Both the position numbers and the translations under genes were made by a program. The notes under the pieces are model-generated. The model worked only from the letters and a program-made list of their open reading frames with translations, had not been told where the DNA came from and searched no databases. A stretch of DNA of 64,000 bases, from the NCBI GenBank assembly GCA_965205975.1, contig OZ242195.1:1216001-1280000 (forward strand). Reading direction: 5' to 3'. The stretch comes from Candidatus Latescibacterota bacterium. Its GTDB lineage: Bacteria > Latescibacterota > UBA2968. Positions 1 to 10,000 of the stretch are shown piece after piece (position 1 is the first letter of the stretch; every line of letters starts with the position of its first letter).

Positions 1-1652
1 GTCCGAATCGCGAGCGGCACGCCCTGGGGTTCTGGCCGGTTCTTGAGATCGGACAGGTGATCTGTTGAGGTCTGTCGCCAGGTGCGCCATATCGAGACTT
101 GCGCGTGTGCGGCCTTTTCGCCTTTGCTGCGTTCTCCCGAGGCGATTTTGCAGGTCAGGTCAAACATATCGCTGCCGAGGTCGTCCATGGAGGTGCCATC
201 CAGATATGCGCCCGCATTGACATCCATATCTTTGCTGAGCAACTGATAGCGTTCGGATGTGGTCACAATTTTGATGGTGGGTACAAAGGGGAAGTTTGTG
301 ATTGAGCCATTGCCCGTGATAAAGAAGATCATATTGCATCCGGAAGCCACCTGTCCGGCAATGCTTTCGAGATCATTGCCGGGGCTGTCCATAAAATAGT
401 ACCCCGGATCGGTCATTGGTGCCGCGTAATCAATGACCGAATCGAGACGGACATCCGGGTGGCGTTTCATGGCCGCGCCAATTGATTTGAGTACGATATT
501 GTAGAGGCCGCGAAATTTGTTGCCACCAGAAGGATTGCCTTCTGCTGTTGTGCCGTGCCATGCCGCGAGGGTTTTATAGGCTTCTACTTTGTCGAGAAAG
601 CACTGGGCAACATCGTAAGACGATACATTTTGGAGGACATAGGACTCTGCGCCGATGAGTTCGTCGGTTTCTGCGAGGTTGGCCGAGCCGCCGTGGCGAA
701 TGATTTCTCTCGCTACCCACGAGGCCAAGGGATTGCCAGAGATGCCCGAGAAAGCATCTGACCCGCCGCATTGCAGTGCGATTTTGATGTGCGATAGGGG
801 TTCGGGTGTGCGGACCATTGCCTGGACTTGTGGCAGCCATTTGGCAATGATGTTTTCGCCCTGTTGCAACGCGTTTTCAAAGCTGCCCACAAGCGTGAGA
901 AAGTGGTGCAGAACATGGTCGATGGGATAGTTGTTTTTCGCGAGATATTCCCGGAGGTGCTGGTTGGTGATGGCTTCGTGACCGTAGTCAATCGCGAGTA
1001 CTGCACCGACGTTTGGATGTACTGCAAATCCTGCGAGTGTACGCAATAAGAGGTCTTTGTTATTGGGGATTTCAGTGCCGCCGCCTTCGGTGTGGGCAAC
1101 TGCAACAATGCCATCAATATTGTGATAATCTCGTACGCGATCTTTTAATCTCGCTTCGAGCTGTTTGGCATAACTTGCTGTGCGAGAGGATGTTCCCAAT
1201 ATGACAATATTATTTCTCGTGCCTACGCCTCGACTTCCCGATCTTCTGTATCCATGAAAATTACCGTAATGATCATAGCGTTTGACTTGCTTGCCTGCCT
1301 CAAAAGTGGTGATCTGGTATGGAACAATGCGATCTTCAAAGTTGGGCACGTCTGGAAGCTCAAAGTCGAGATCGCGGAGTTTGAGAGCACCGAGGATCTC
1401 CGGATTACAGGCGTAATCTCCGGGAGAAATATGGCGCGTTGCAATGCCAAAGGGCAAGCCCCATGAGAGGAGAGGGGCATTAGGGGCGATGTGTTGGATG
1501 GCAAAGCGATGGCCTTCGAGGATGGTGTGCTGAAGTTCGAAGGTGCGATCTGAATGGATAATCTGCGTGCCTCTGTCCAGTTTTCGTGTCGCAATGCCGA
1601 CATTGTCTCCTGGAAGAGGGAGACGACCGATTTCAGAAAAATTATATTTCAT
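1..1652 (-). CDS. uxaA: UxaA-family altronate/galactarate dehydratase with N-terminal SAF domain (3' end outside window)
   Basis: Not in ORF track (runs off the edge). Manual translation from ATG 1652 (AAAGGA upstream): MKYNFSEIGRLPLPGDNVGIA...GHRFA...GVGTRNNIVILGTS...HPNVGAVL...IALQCGGSDAFSGISGNP, typical UxaA/GarD motifs. Confidence 0.85.
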   Translation of the reverse strand, partial: MKYNFSEIGRLPLPGDNVGIATRKLDRGTQIIHSDRTFELQHTILEGHRFAIQHIAPNAPLLSWGLPFGIATRHISPGDYACNPEILGALKLRDLDFELPDVPNFEDRIVPYQITTFEAGKQVKRYDHYGNFHGYRRSGSRGVGTRNNIVILGTSSRTASYAKQLEARLKDRVRDYHNIDGIVAVAHTEGGGTEIPNNKDLLLRTLAGFAVHPNVGAVLAIDYGHEAITNQHLREYLAKNNYPIDHVLHHFLTLVGSFENALQQGENIIAKWLPQVQAMVRTPEPLSHIKIALQCGGSDAFSGISGNPLASWVAREIIRHGGSANLAETDELIGAESYVLQNVSSYDVAQCFLDKVEAYKTLAAWHGTTAEGNPSGGNKFRGLYNIVLKSIGAAMKRHPDVRLDSVIDYAAPMTDPGYYFMDSPGNDLESIAGQVASGCNMIFFITGNGSITNFPFVPTIKIVTTSERYQLLSKDMDVNAGAYLDGTSMDDLGSDMFDLTCKIASGERSKGEKAAHAQVSIWRTWRQTSTDHLSDLKNRPEPQGVPLAIR

Positions 1653-1683
1653 AGATTGCGTTCCTTTGAAAAGTTTATTCACA

Positions 1684-1761
1684 GTTATACGGAAAATAAA
1701 AAATGATGTCAAGTTTCATATAAAAAAGCCCTTGACAGATTATATACATTTGGTTTATGTT
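1684..1761. promoter_or_regulatory. Divergent sigma70-type promoters (uxaA and dtxR-feo)
   Basis: Minus strand TTGACA (1712-1707)-17 nt-TATAAC (1689-1684); plus strand TTGACA (1732-1737)-18 nt-TATGTT (1756-1761). Confidence 0.5.
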
Positions 1762-1770
1762 TTTATCAGT

Positions 1771-1788
1771 TGTTTTATTAGCAAAACA
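1771..1788. promoter_or_regulatory. Putative DtxR/MntR-family operator upstream of the feo operon
   Basis: Palindrome TGTTTT-ATTAGC-AAAACA just downstream of the predicted -10. Confidence 0.5.
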
Positions 1789-1831
1789 TCGGTTAAGCGG
1801 ATAAACGCACTGTTCAAGGGGGGGTGGTCAT

Positions 1832-2356
1832 ATGATGGTATCGGATGTATGGAAAGAATACGAGAGCAACGAGATCTCTCACAGTGTTGCCCATCATCTA
1901 ACTGCCATTCACGAGTTGATGGGCGATCTGGGCTATGCGCGGGTTTCGGATGTGGCACGTGCGTTGGAGATCACCCGGGGCAGTGCATCGCTGACGCTCA
2001 AAGCTCTCAAAGCGCGCGGGCTGGTCGTGGAAGATCACAATAAGTTTTTGAAATTATCCGAAGATGGCCGCCGCATTGTCGATTCTATTTTAGCCAAACG
2101 CGCCGTTGTTCGCAAATTTCTCAACGAGGTGCTCAAGCTCGACGAGCATCAAGCCGAAGTGGATGCGTGCAAGGTTGAGCATCTTTTGAGCGCGCAAACT
2201 GGTGGGCAATTGCTGCATTTTGTGCGTTTCTTGCTCTCCGATGATCCCACTGCGCGACAATTTCTCTCTGAGTTCTGGTCCAGGCTGGATCAAAATGAGG
2301 ATTGGCAGTGGCCCGTTCAGGATGTTGATCAATTATTCAATTTGGAGTCTCGATAA
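1832..2356 (+). CDS. DtxR/MntR-family metal-dependent repressor (no SH3 domain), probably Fe-sensing
   Basis: wHTH ARVSDVARALEITRGSASLTLKAL; DACKVEH matches DtxR EACRWEH; first gene of feo operon. Confidence 0.9.
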   Translation: MMVSDVWKEYESNEISHSVAHHLTAIHELMGDLGYARVSDVARALEITRGSASLTLKALKARGLVVEDHNKFLKLSEDGRRIVDSILAKRAVVRKFLNEVLKLDEHQAEVDACKVEHLLSAQTGGQLLHFVRFLLSDDPTARQFLSEFWSRLDQNEDWQWPVQDVDQLFNLESR

Positions 2357-2598
2357 TGGCTTATGCAACGGATGCTGCAACCCCACTTTCAATATGGAGC
2401 CGGGGTGATGAAGGTACTATTGAAGGCATTTCAGGAGCCAATCAACTGGTGAATCGGCTGCGTGAGGTGGGTGCTATGCCAGGTGTCCCGGTGCGCGTGT
2501 TGCGAGTTGGGCGCACTGTGGTTATTCAGGTGGGTAGCAGCAGATTTTGCTTGCGAAAAACCGATGCTGCATGCATCAAAGGAATGAAAGCGGCCTGA
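2356..2598 (+). CDS. feoA: Ferrous iron transport protein A
   Basis: RLREVGAMPGVPVRVLR motif, 80 aa, directly before feoB. Confidence 0.9.
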   Translation: MAYATDAATPLSIWSRGDEGTIEGISGANQLVNRLREVGAMPGVPVRVLRVGRTVVIQVGSSRFCLRKTDAACIKGMKAA

Positions 2599-2604
2599 TT
2601 TATT

Positions 2605-4785
2605 ATGGCAATGAATATAGCGAATCGAGAGCGACCTTATGTGGGTCGTGCCACGGTCGCTGTGGTTGGCAATCCCAATACGGGTAAGACAACGCTTTTT
2701 AATGCTCTGACAGGGCTTTCGCAGCGCGTGGGAAATTTTCCTGGCGTTACGGTTGAGCGCAAGGTCGGACAATTGACATTGCCCAACACGGGTGCGGTTG
2801 ACCTGCTGGATTTGCCCGGTACATACAGCCTTTCAGCCAAGTCTCCGGATGAACTTATTGCCGTTGAAGCACTGATGGGGTTGTTGGAGAGCGAGAGCGC
2901 CATTCAAGCTGTGCTCGTGGTTCTCGACGCCAGCAATTTGAGGCGCAGTTTATACGTCGTATCTCAACTTCTCGAAATTGATTTGCCCCTGGTTGTGGCC
3001 CTCAATATGTTAGATGTGGCCAAGGCCAGGGGCATTGTTATTGATGCACCAGCTCTGAGCGAGCATTTGGGCGTCCCCGTTATTCCCATACAGGCCAATA
3101 AACGCGTGGGGCTTGATGAGTTGAAAGAAGCCCTTTCCCAGATTGTTGAAAAGGGCGAAGTCCCATCGCGCAGTCCGATATTGCCGCAATCCTGGTGGGT
3201 AGAAGCCGAGCAGTTGGCGCGAAAATACGAAGGCGTATCTACGGGTCTGGCGTTGCGTGTGTTGATTGACAATCAGAACGCCTTTGCATCCCATGTCGTG
3301 GAACGCTTTGGCGATGACTTTGCCACCGATCTTCACGCGTTGCGAACACAGGTCAAGGCGGATGATGCGCTGGCGAATCGAGAGATCGAATTGCGATATA
3401 GATGGATCGATGAGGTTCTCGATGATGTGTTGCGCGATCCCGAACCGCTTCGCGTGACTCGTTCTGATCGACTGGATCGAATTTTGACCCATCCGCTGTG
3501 GGGGAGCCTGAGTTTTGCTGTAATTATGGCCTTTATTTTTCAATCGATTTTTTCGTGGGCAGTGCCATTAATGGATGGTATTGACGCGTTGTTTGGGACG
3601 ATAGGAGGAAGGGCTACTGGCTCTCTTCCCGAGGGTGCGCTGCAAAGTATGGTGGTGGATGGGGTGATTGCCGGGGTGGGGGGCGTGGTCATCTTTTTGC
3701 CCCAAATCTGCATCCTGTTCCTCTTTATTGCCATACTGGAAGATTGTGGTTACATGGCCCGCGCGGCGTTGTTGATGGATCGCCTGTTAACGCCTTGTGG
3801 TTTGTCGGGAAAGTCCTTTATTCCTCTTTTGTCGAGTTTTGCCTGTGCGATTCCGGGAGTGATGGCTACACGGACGATCAATGACCCCAAAGACCGCATT
3901 GCCACGATGCTGGTTGCGCCGTTGATGAGTTGCTCAGCGCGTTTGCCGGTGTACGCGATTTTTATTGGGGCTTTTATTCCCGATCGAGATGTTTGGGGAG
4001 GCATTGGACTGCAGGGGCTTACGCTTTTCGCGCTGTATTGCACGGGGATTTTTGTGGCTATTCCCATTGCGTGGATTTTAAAAAAGACGCTGTTGAGAGG
4101 GCAGCCCACGCCTTTTTTGCTCGAGTTGCCGTCTTACAAAATACCAGATGTGGGTACTGTTGGGATGCGTATTTATCAAAGTGGTCGGCATTTTCTCGAA
4201 AGAGCCGGCACATTGATTCTCGCCGCGACGATTGTGATGTGGGCATTGGCGTATTTTCCGCGGTCCGAAACGATTGCCGCGCATTACGAGGCTGAGCGCG
4301 AGCGATTGATTGGGGCACCAGAAGATGTTTTGAATGATTTGAGCGCGAAAGAAGCTGGCGAGATGCTCCAGCAGAGTTTTCTCGGGCGGATGGGGCATGC
4401 TATTGAACCCGTCGTAGAGCCATTGGGATGGGATTGGCGGATTGGGATGGCGGCACTGGCATCTTTCCCCGCGCGGGAAGTAATTGTTGCCGTTCTGGGC
4501 ACGATTTACAGTCTGGGAGAGGTGGATGAAGAATCGACGTCGCTTAGAGACGCGCTTCGGTCTGCGACCTGGTCCGATGGGCAGAAGGTATTTAATATCC
4601 CGGTTGCACTGTCTATTATGGTGTTTTTTGCACTGTGCGCGCAGTGCGTTTCCACGCTTGCGGTTATTCAACGCGAAACAGGCGCCTGGCGGTGGCCCGT
4701 GCTGACTTTTGTTTATATGACGGTGCTCGCCTATATCGGCGCATTTGTGACTTATCGTCTCGGTATGGCGCTTGGATGGGGGTAA
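2605..4785 (+). CDS. feoB: Ferrous iron transport protein B
   Basis: GNPNTGKTT, VGNFPGVTVE, DLPGTYSL, NMLD G-domain motifs; LEDCGYMARAA, MSCSARLPVY membrane motifs. Confidence 0.97.
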   Translation: MAMNIANRERPYVGRATVAVVGNPNTGKTTLFNALTGLSQRVGNFPGVTVERKVGQLTLPNTGAVDLLDLPGTYSLSAKSPDELIAVEALMGLLESESAIQAVLVVLDASNLRRSLYVVSQLLEIDLPLVVALNMLDVAKARGIVIDAPALSEHLGVPVIPIQANKRVGLDELKEALSQIVEKGEVPSRSPILPQSWWVEAEQLARKYEGVSTGLALRVLIDNQNAFASHVVERFGDDFATDLHALRTQVKADDALANREIELRYRWIDEVLDDVLRDPEPLRVTRSDRLDRILTHPLWGSLSFAVIMAFIFQSIFSWAVPLMDGIDALFGTIGGRATGSLPEGALQSMVVDGVIAGVGGVVIFLPQICILFLFIAILEDCGYMARAALLMDRLLTPCGLSGKSFIPLLSSFACAIPGVMATRTINDPKDRIATMLVAPLMSCSARLPVYAIFIGAFIPDRDVWGGIGLQGLTLFALYCTGIFVAIPIAWILKKTLLRGQPTPFLLELPSYKIPDVGTVGMRIYQSGRHFLERAGTLILAATIVMWALAYFPRSETIAAHYEAERERLIGAPEDVLNDLSAKEAGEMLQQSFLGRMGHAIEPVVEPLGWDWRIGMAALASFPAREVIVAVLGTIYSLGEVDEESTSLRDALRSATWSDGQKVFNIPVALSIMVFFALCAQCVSTLAVIQRETGAWRWPVLTFVYMTVLAYIGAFVTYRLGMALGWG

Positions 4786-4789
4786 TGAT

Positions 4790-4951
4790 ATGACCGACTG
4801 GCAAAATTGGATCGCGGTTGCAGTGGCACTCTGGTGTGCCTATCGCGTCATTGGCGAGATTGTAAGGCCGTTTTTGGCTTCGTCGTGTACGGGTTGCGGT
4901 GGTGCGTGTGAGGGAGAAGAGACGCGCGAGGATTTGATAGAGATTGAGTGA
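4790..4951 (+). CDS. FeoB-associated Cys-rich small membrane protein (53 aa)
   Basis: Below ORF cutoff; MTDWQNWIAVAVALWCAYRVIGEIVRPFLASSCTGCGGACEGEETREDLIEIE: one TM plus CxxCxxxC, 4 nt after feoB stop. Confidence 0.8.
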   Translation: MTDWQNWIAVAVALWCAYRVIGEIVRPFLASSCTGCGGACEGEETREDLIEIE

Positions 4952-4991
4952 GTCCCGTTGGGATATTAAATGGGAATATTTTAGGTGTATC

Positions 4992-5020
4992 AAAAAACAC
5001 GTCCTTTGGGCGTGTTTTTT
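4992..5020. terminator. Bidirectional intrinsic terminator between feo operon and higA
   Basis: AAAAAACACGTCC-TTT-GGGCGTGTTTTTT. Confidence 0.8.
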
Positions 5021-5315
5021 ATGTTTCGGACAGTTCTGAAACGGTTTGTAGCTGTTTCGCCATTGCTGCCTCAGTCGTTTGCAGGTCGTAGGTCATTTGC
5101 AAATTAAGCCAGTATTGGGGCGATTGACTGAGTACTCGACCAAATAAAAGGGCCAATTCAGTAGTCACGGGACGAGAGCCGTTTACGACATGCGATACGC
5201 GCATCGGCGAAATGCCAATGGTGCGTGCCAATTGTGCCTGAGAGATGCTTAACTCGTCCAGTATTTCACACAAAAACTGTCCGGGATGAATAGGAGGTAA
5301 ACCATTCTCAATCAT
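5019..5315 (-). CDS. higA: HigA-family (XRE HTH) antitoxin, orphaned
   Basis: MIENGLPPIHPGQFL...SQAQLARTIGISPMRVSHVVNGSRPVT...SPQYWLNLQMTYDL; the track merges it in frame with the upstream fragment (5019-5837). Confidence 0.9.
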   Translation of the reverse strand: MIENGLPPIHPGQFLCEILDELSISQAQLARTIGISPMRVSHVVNGSRPVTTELALLFGRVLSQSPQYWLNLQMTYDLQTTEAAMAKQLQTVSELSET

Positions 5316-5331
5316 AGATATCTTTCCAGAG

Positions 5332-5349
5332 TTAATGATAATCAACGGT
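5332..5349 (-). pseudogene. higB: Last codons of a deleted HigB toxin gene
   Basis: ACC GTT GAT TAT CAT TAA = T-V-D-Y-H-stop ending 16 nt before higA ATG; HigB toxins typically end in (E)I(V)DYH. Confidence 0.6.
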
Positions 5350-5876
5350 ATGGTTCCATCCAGATCCATATCAGCATTAAAACCATCGTCGCCTTCCGCT
5401 AGACCAAACACGGCTAAAAAAAGTGTATAATCTGACGTATCGACTACACCATCATCATTAAAGTCGCCTATCAGACTGACAGCCATTGAGAAACTTTCAG
5501 TTGCAGTTGCACTTGCATTATCCGTTACAGTCACCGTCAGTGTGAAAGTCCCTCTCTGTGTGGGTGTGCCAGTGATCTGTCCACTGCTCGAGTTGATAAA
5601 AAGACCAGAACCGGCAGGGTTGCTGGACAGGGAATAGGCATAAGATGTTTGTCCGCCTGATGCTGAGACCTGAATAGGAGTAATAGCAGTGTTTTGTGTG
5701 ACGGTTATATTGCCGATTGCCGAGACGGTTACGGACGGTCTCACGCGCATGGTGAAAGAACGACTGACCTGTGTGGGCACATCACAGCTACCAGCACCAT
5801 CTCGCACAGCCACTGTGATCGTGAAATCTCTACTCACTGTGGGTGTGCCATTGATGCGGCCATTCGAATCGATAGA
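5350..5876 (-). pseudogene. Truncated paralogous copy of the 3' end of the 7073-11509 gene (Ig repeat plus partial dockerin-like domain)
   Basis: Clear nucleotide similarity to about 7125-7370 and 7660-7955; no signal peptide, one Ig repeat fewer, second EF-hand cut off. Confidence 0.8.
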
Positions 5877-6995
5877 TTAGAAATTGAATGTGAGTGTGGC
5901 GCGAAGGCCTTTGCTGTATGTGGGTGCAAGGCTCAGGTTGAGGCGTTGGGGTGACACCTCGACCCATTTGTCTGATTTTTTTGCAGCACCAATGAGAGTG
6001 GAGAGAAGGCACACTAATGCACCGGTGGAATATCCCACTAATGTTGCCATACCGAGGGTGTAATATGAGAGACTGGTATCGCCACTTCTCTGGTCAATAC
6101 GCTTTTCTTCTCTATCTGTAGATATAATTGTGAATCCAATGATGACGGCTCCGGCACCAAGCCCAATTATCAAGCCTTTGCCTGTGTTTCTATACTGTTT
6201 GAGGCTGACGTCGAATGTAGAGATTGAAGAAATAGGCACCTGATAAAAACTACGCCCTTTTTGGATAACGAGTGTGTCATCCATCATTTTAATAAGCCTG
6301 CCAACCATCTGTCCCCTCTGAATCGACGGGGCATACACACGCACTCGGGCATTGTATTTGGCTCCGGTCTCTCGATATCGCTCAATCTCTTGCATGCGTT
6401 TGGCGACAATGAGAGTATCAATGTCGTTGTATGCTATGTTATGGGTATCAGCCCCATATTTGAGTGCGATACGGCTTGAGTCCTTGTCTGCAATTCGGCC
6501 TATTCTTGTGGCTCCTTGAGATGTATAGACGATGTATGCATACCACCCCTTTGTGATCTCTGATGGGTCAATCTGTCCGCGTGGCATGACTGTGACGGTC
6601 TTTTGGTTGAGCCGTTGGATAGCGGCTTGCTCTATCTCTGGTCCTCTTTCTGCCATATTTCCAATAAACCACTGATTTACCTCATTCATTTGCTTTAGCG
6701 TGGTTGCTTCCTCACTCATGATCACGGACAGGACTTTGGCGTAAGCAATCGTCTTCTTTCCCCAAAGACCATTCCGAATGGTAAACGAAGTCTTTCCAAC
6801 AGCATCAATCCAGCCCTTGTCTAATATCTGTTTATTCTTGCTATCGTAATAGGTGAATGCAACATAAGCATCTCGGACCAACGTATTGGCATTTACCTCT
6901 GCCCCTTTCAGGTATGTGGCTGCATACGCGAGTGTGGGAGCCATCGCGTTGAGCAAGAGGGTCGCGGTTACAAAGACAGCAGCTAATTTTTTCAT
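5877..6995 (-). CDS. Secreted/outer-membrane-associated hypothetical protein
   Basis: Signal peptide (..LAYA), AAGGAG RBS, Gly-rich hydrophobic hairpin, C-terminal GLRATLTFNF. Confidence 0.75.
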   Translation of the reverse strand: MKKLAAVFVTATLLLNAMAPTLAYAATYLKGAEVNANTLVRDAYVAFTYYDSKNKQILDKGWIDAVGKTSFTIRNGLWGKKTIAYAKVLSVIMSEEATTLKQMNEVNQWFIGNMAERGPEIEQAAIQRLNQKTVTVMPRGQIDPSEITKGWYAYIVYTSQGATRIGRIADKDSSRIALKYGADTHNIAYNDIDTLIVAKRMQEIERYRETGAKYNARVRVYAPSIQRGQMVGRLIKMMDDTLVIQKGRSFYQVPISSISTFDVSLKQYRNTGKGLIIGLGAGAVIIGFTIISTDREEKRIDQRSGDTSLSYYTLGMATLVGYSTGALVCLLSTLIGAAKKSDKWVEVSPQRLNLSLAPTYSKGLRATLTFNF

Positions 6996-7072
6996 GAGAT
7001 TCTCCTTTTAAAACAAATGTACCTCATTGATTCCGCTCAAAAGTCAATGAGCTATCTCCTGCATCCAAAAAA

Positions 7073-10000
7073 CTATGCAGAGGAGCCAAAGTGGTTTACA
7101 AAGATCAGAAAATCAGGCGTGCCAATGGTTCCATCACCATCCAGATCCATATCCGCATTAAAACCATCATCACCTTCAGATAGACCAAACGCGGCTACAA
7201 AAAGTAAATGATCTGCTGTATCGACCATACCATCATCATTAAAGTCGCCTATCAGACTGACAGCCATTGAGAAACTTTCAGTTGCAGTCGCACTTGCATT
7301 ATCCGTCACAGTCACGGTCAGTGTGAAAGTGCCTCTCGCTGTGGGTGTGCCTGTGATCTGTCCACTGCTGGCATTGATAGACAGACCAGAACCTGTGGCG
7401 GGATTGCTGGACAGGGAATAGGTGTATGGCGTTTGCCCCCCTGAGGCTGAGACCTGAATAGGCGTAATCGGGCTGTTGGTCTGCACACCACTGATCTTGA
7501 CGGTTATATCACTTATCTCTGCGACTGTCAGTGTTGAAATGGGTGTGGGCGCATTTACTGTCAGGGAGAAACTACGCGTGCCTGTCCTGCCGTGATCATC
7601 GGTCACAGTCACGGTCAGTGTGAAAGTCCCTGTCTGTGTTGGCGTGCCAGTGATACGACCACTGCTCGAATTGATAGAAAGACCAGAACCAGCAGGGTCG
7701 CTGGACAGGGAATACTCATAAGACGTTTGCCCTCCCGATGCTGAGACCTGAATAGGCGTAATAGCGGTGTTTTGTGTGACGGTGATATTGCCAATTGCCG
7801 AGACGGTCACGCGCGGTCTCACGCGCATGGTGAAGGGACGACTGACCTGTGTGGGTAAATCACGGCTACCAACCCCATCTCGCACAGCCACTGTGATCGT
7901 GAAATCTCTACTTGCTGTAGGTGTGCCAGTGATGCGGCCATTCGAATCAATAGAAAGGCCAGAACCTGTAGGAGGGTTGTGCGCTGGGAGAGGGCTACTC
8001 GCTGGGGGCCGGTTGCTCCCTATCCAATACGTGTAGGACCCACTACCGCCTGAAGCTCTTACCTGTATAGGGTTAATTCTCACATCCTGAGTCGCTACCA
8101 CATCCGCTATTACCGAAATACTCAAGGCCGTGGGAGCCGCAGAAACAGACAGGTTAAACGTTGTCGATGCCTCGCCACCTACAGCATCTCGCACGGTCAC
8201 TGTAATGTCAGATTCGCCAGTTGCTTTGGGCCTACCGGTGAGGAGAACCCCGTTTTGATCAAATACGATACCTGAAGGCAAGTCAGATGTGGAATACGTA
8301 TAAGTTCCCCACCCTCCTGATGCATTTACTGATATATCTGTAATTGCCACATTCTGGGTTGCTGTCACATCCGCTATTGATGCGATTGTCAGGGGAGTGG
8401 TATTATTTCTGGTGTTGTTCGACAATGTCATATCCGTCAGTGTCTGCGTCCCTTGCAAATCCAGGCCCACCACGGAATGTTGAATCGTAAAATGGCTCAT
8501 AGTCAAGTTACCGTGATTCCTGATGCCATACCAGTGTCCAGACGCGGGACTTGAACTGTCGGAACGAAATACAATAGGCTGCGAGCTTGTTCCATTGGCG
8601 TTTATCGTTCCATAGTTGATAATATCAACGCGATTTGAATCCTTCATGCTATGAATATCTCTGTTGGGGTAAGCCTTAATCGTCGTGCCAGCGTCAATTG
8701 TCAGGGTTGCGCCAGGATAGACCACAATATCACCAATCAGCTTGATTGTATCACGCCAGGTGACGTTTTGCACGATTGGGAATTGTTGAAACCACCTTTT
8801 ACTGTTGTAAGAAATTCGTCTTTGTTCTGGAGGATCGCCGATAAATTCTCCATAAGGAACTTTAAAAAATGAATAACCACTTGCTCCTGAAGTGCCCCAG
8901 CTACCATTATGAAATGGCCCTACAGGAGAATCATTTGTTTTTTGTAACCTCTCATTTGGAAGTCCACTCCCCGGTGAGTCAACTTCCAATGTCCCCCATC
9001 TTGCTCCGGTGCCCAACCAACTCATTTCTGGTGATAACCCCTTATTGGGTTGACCTGGATCGAGATTGGGCAGAAATATTAAATCATAAGATTGTGCAAC
9101 ATCAGGATTTGTGTCCTCAACATTGGTGCTCAGGACAACGCCACTCTTTGTCATACCTTCATCCCAACCTCCCGCTTCTATTGGGCCCAAATCAATATAA
9201 CCACCGGGATCCGGATATGTGTCTCCCGTAGGATAGCCGCCATGGGAACCTGCTCCTACATAGACAACAGGATGAGTTCCGCCTTCAGCCGGTGCAAAAT
9301 GTGTTTGGGGGTCAAAAACCCTTCCACCAATGCTGGTATAGGTTAGGCCATTCCCATGAAATTTGTAGTCAATTCCAACGAGTTGTGCCATACCTGGGTT
9401 AAAGGAGTTCACAATAACATTAATGTGCTGCCAATCTCCCTCATGGTTATTTTGAAAATCATTGAAGGGATAAAAGTAATAATACTGTATGACGACATTA
9501 CCATCACCTTTGTCAAAAATATGTACGTATGCTGTGTTGGGAAATCCGAGGGCTGCGCCACGTTTAGGATGGGTAGTTGAAAAATAATAGTGATACCAGT
9601 TTTTAGAGGTGCCTCCGTCGTTGTCTTCACGTACGCCAGGATATTCAAAATGTGCCGTCACCTGATAGGTATTACTTAATGCACTACTTGGAGGACTTCC
9701 AACATATGTGAACGTTTCAGGCAAGAAGGCAAATTTATTCTGTGAAAAATTAACAAAAGACATCTGGCTATCCAGACCGGGACTCCATCCTGATGCTGGA
9801 TATTGGACATAGATAGGCTCGTGTCCTTCTCTATCAAGATAAAACCAAAGACCATCAACAGATGTAGCCTCCATTATTTCCACAGGTTCAGGGAAGATCA
9901 CTCTGCGGTTCTCTCTACTTGGATGTTCTGTCAAAATTAAAATCGGAGAAAATTTCTCGGCAAGTTCTATCGAATAAACACTCATATTGAAACTGCGCTC

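Noticed and set aside
713..1603. Track ORFs 713-1117 and 1223-1603 on the minus strand
   Set aside because: Wrong-frame pieces inside the uxaA-family gene that starts at 1652 and runs off the window
5019..5837. 272-aa Ig-dockerin-HigA ORF as an evolved fusion protein
   Set aside because: No signal peptide, truncated dockerin, and a higB remnant at the junction indicate a deletion by-product
5350..7955. Duplicated 3' segment as a DGR template/variable repeat pair
   Set aside because: Mismatches inspected are not confined to adenines of either copy, and there is no reverse transcriptase in the window
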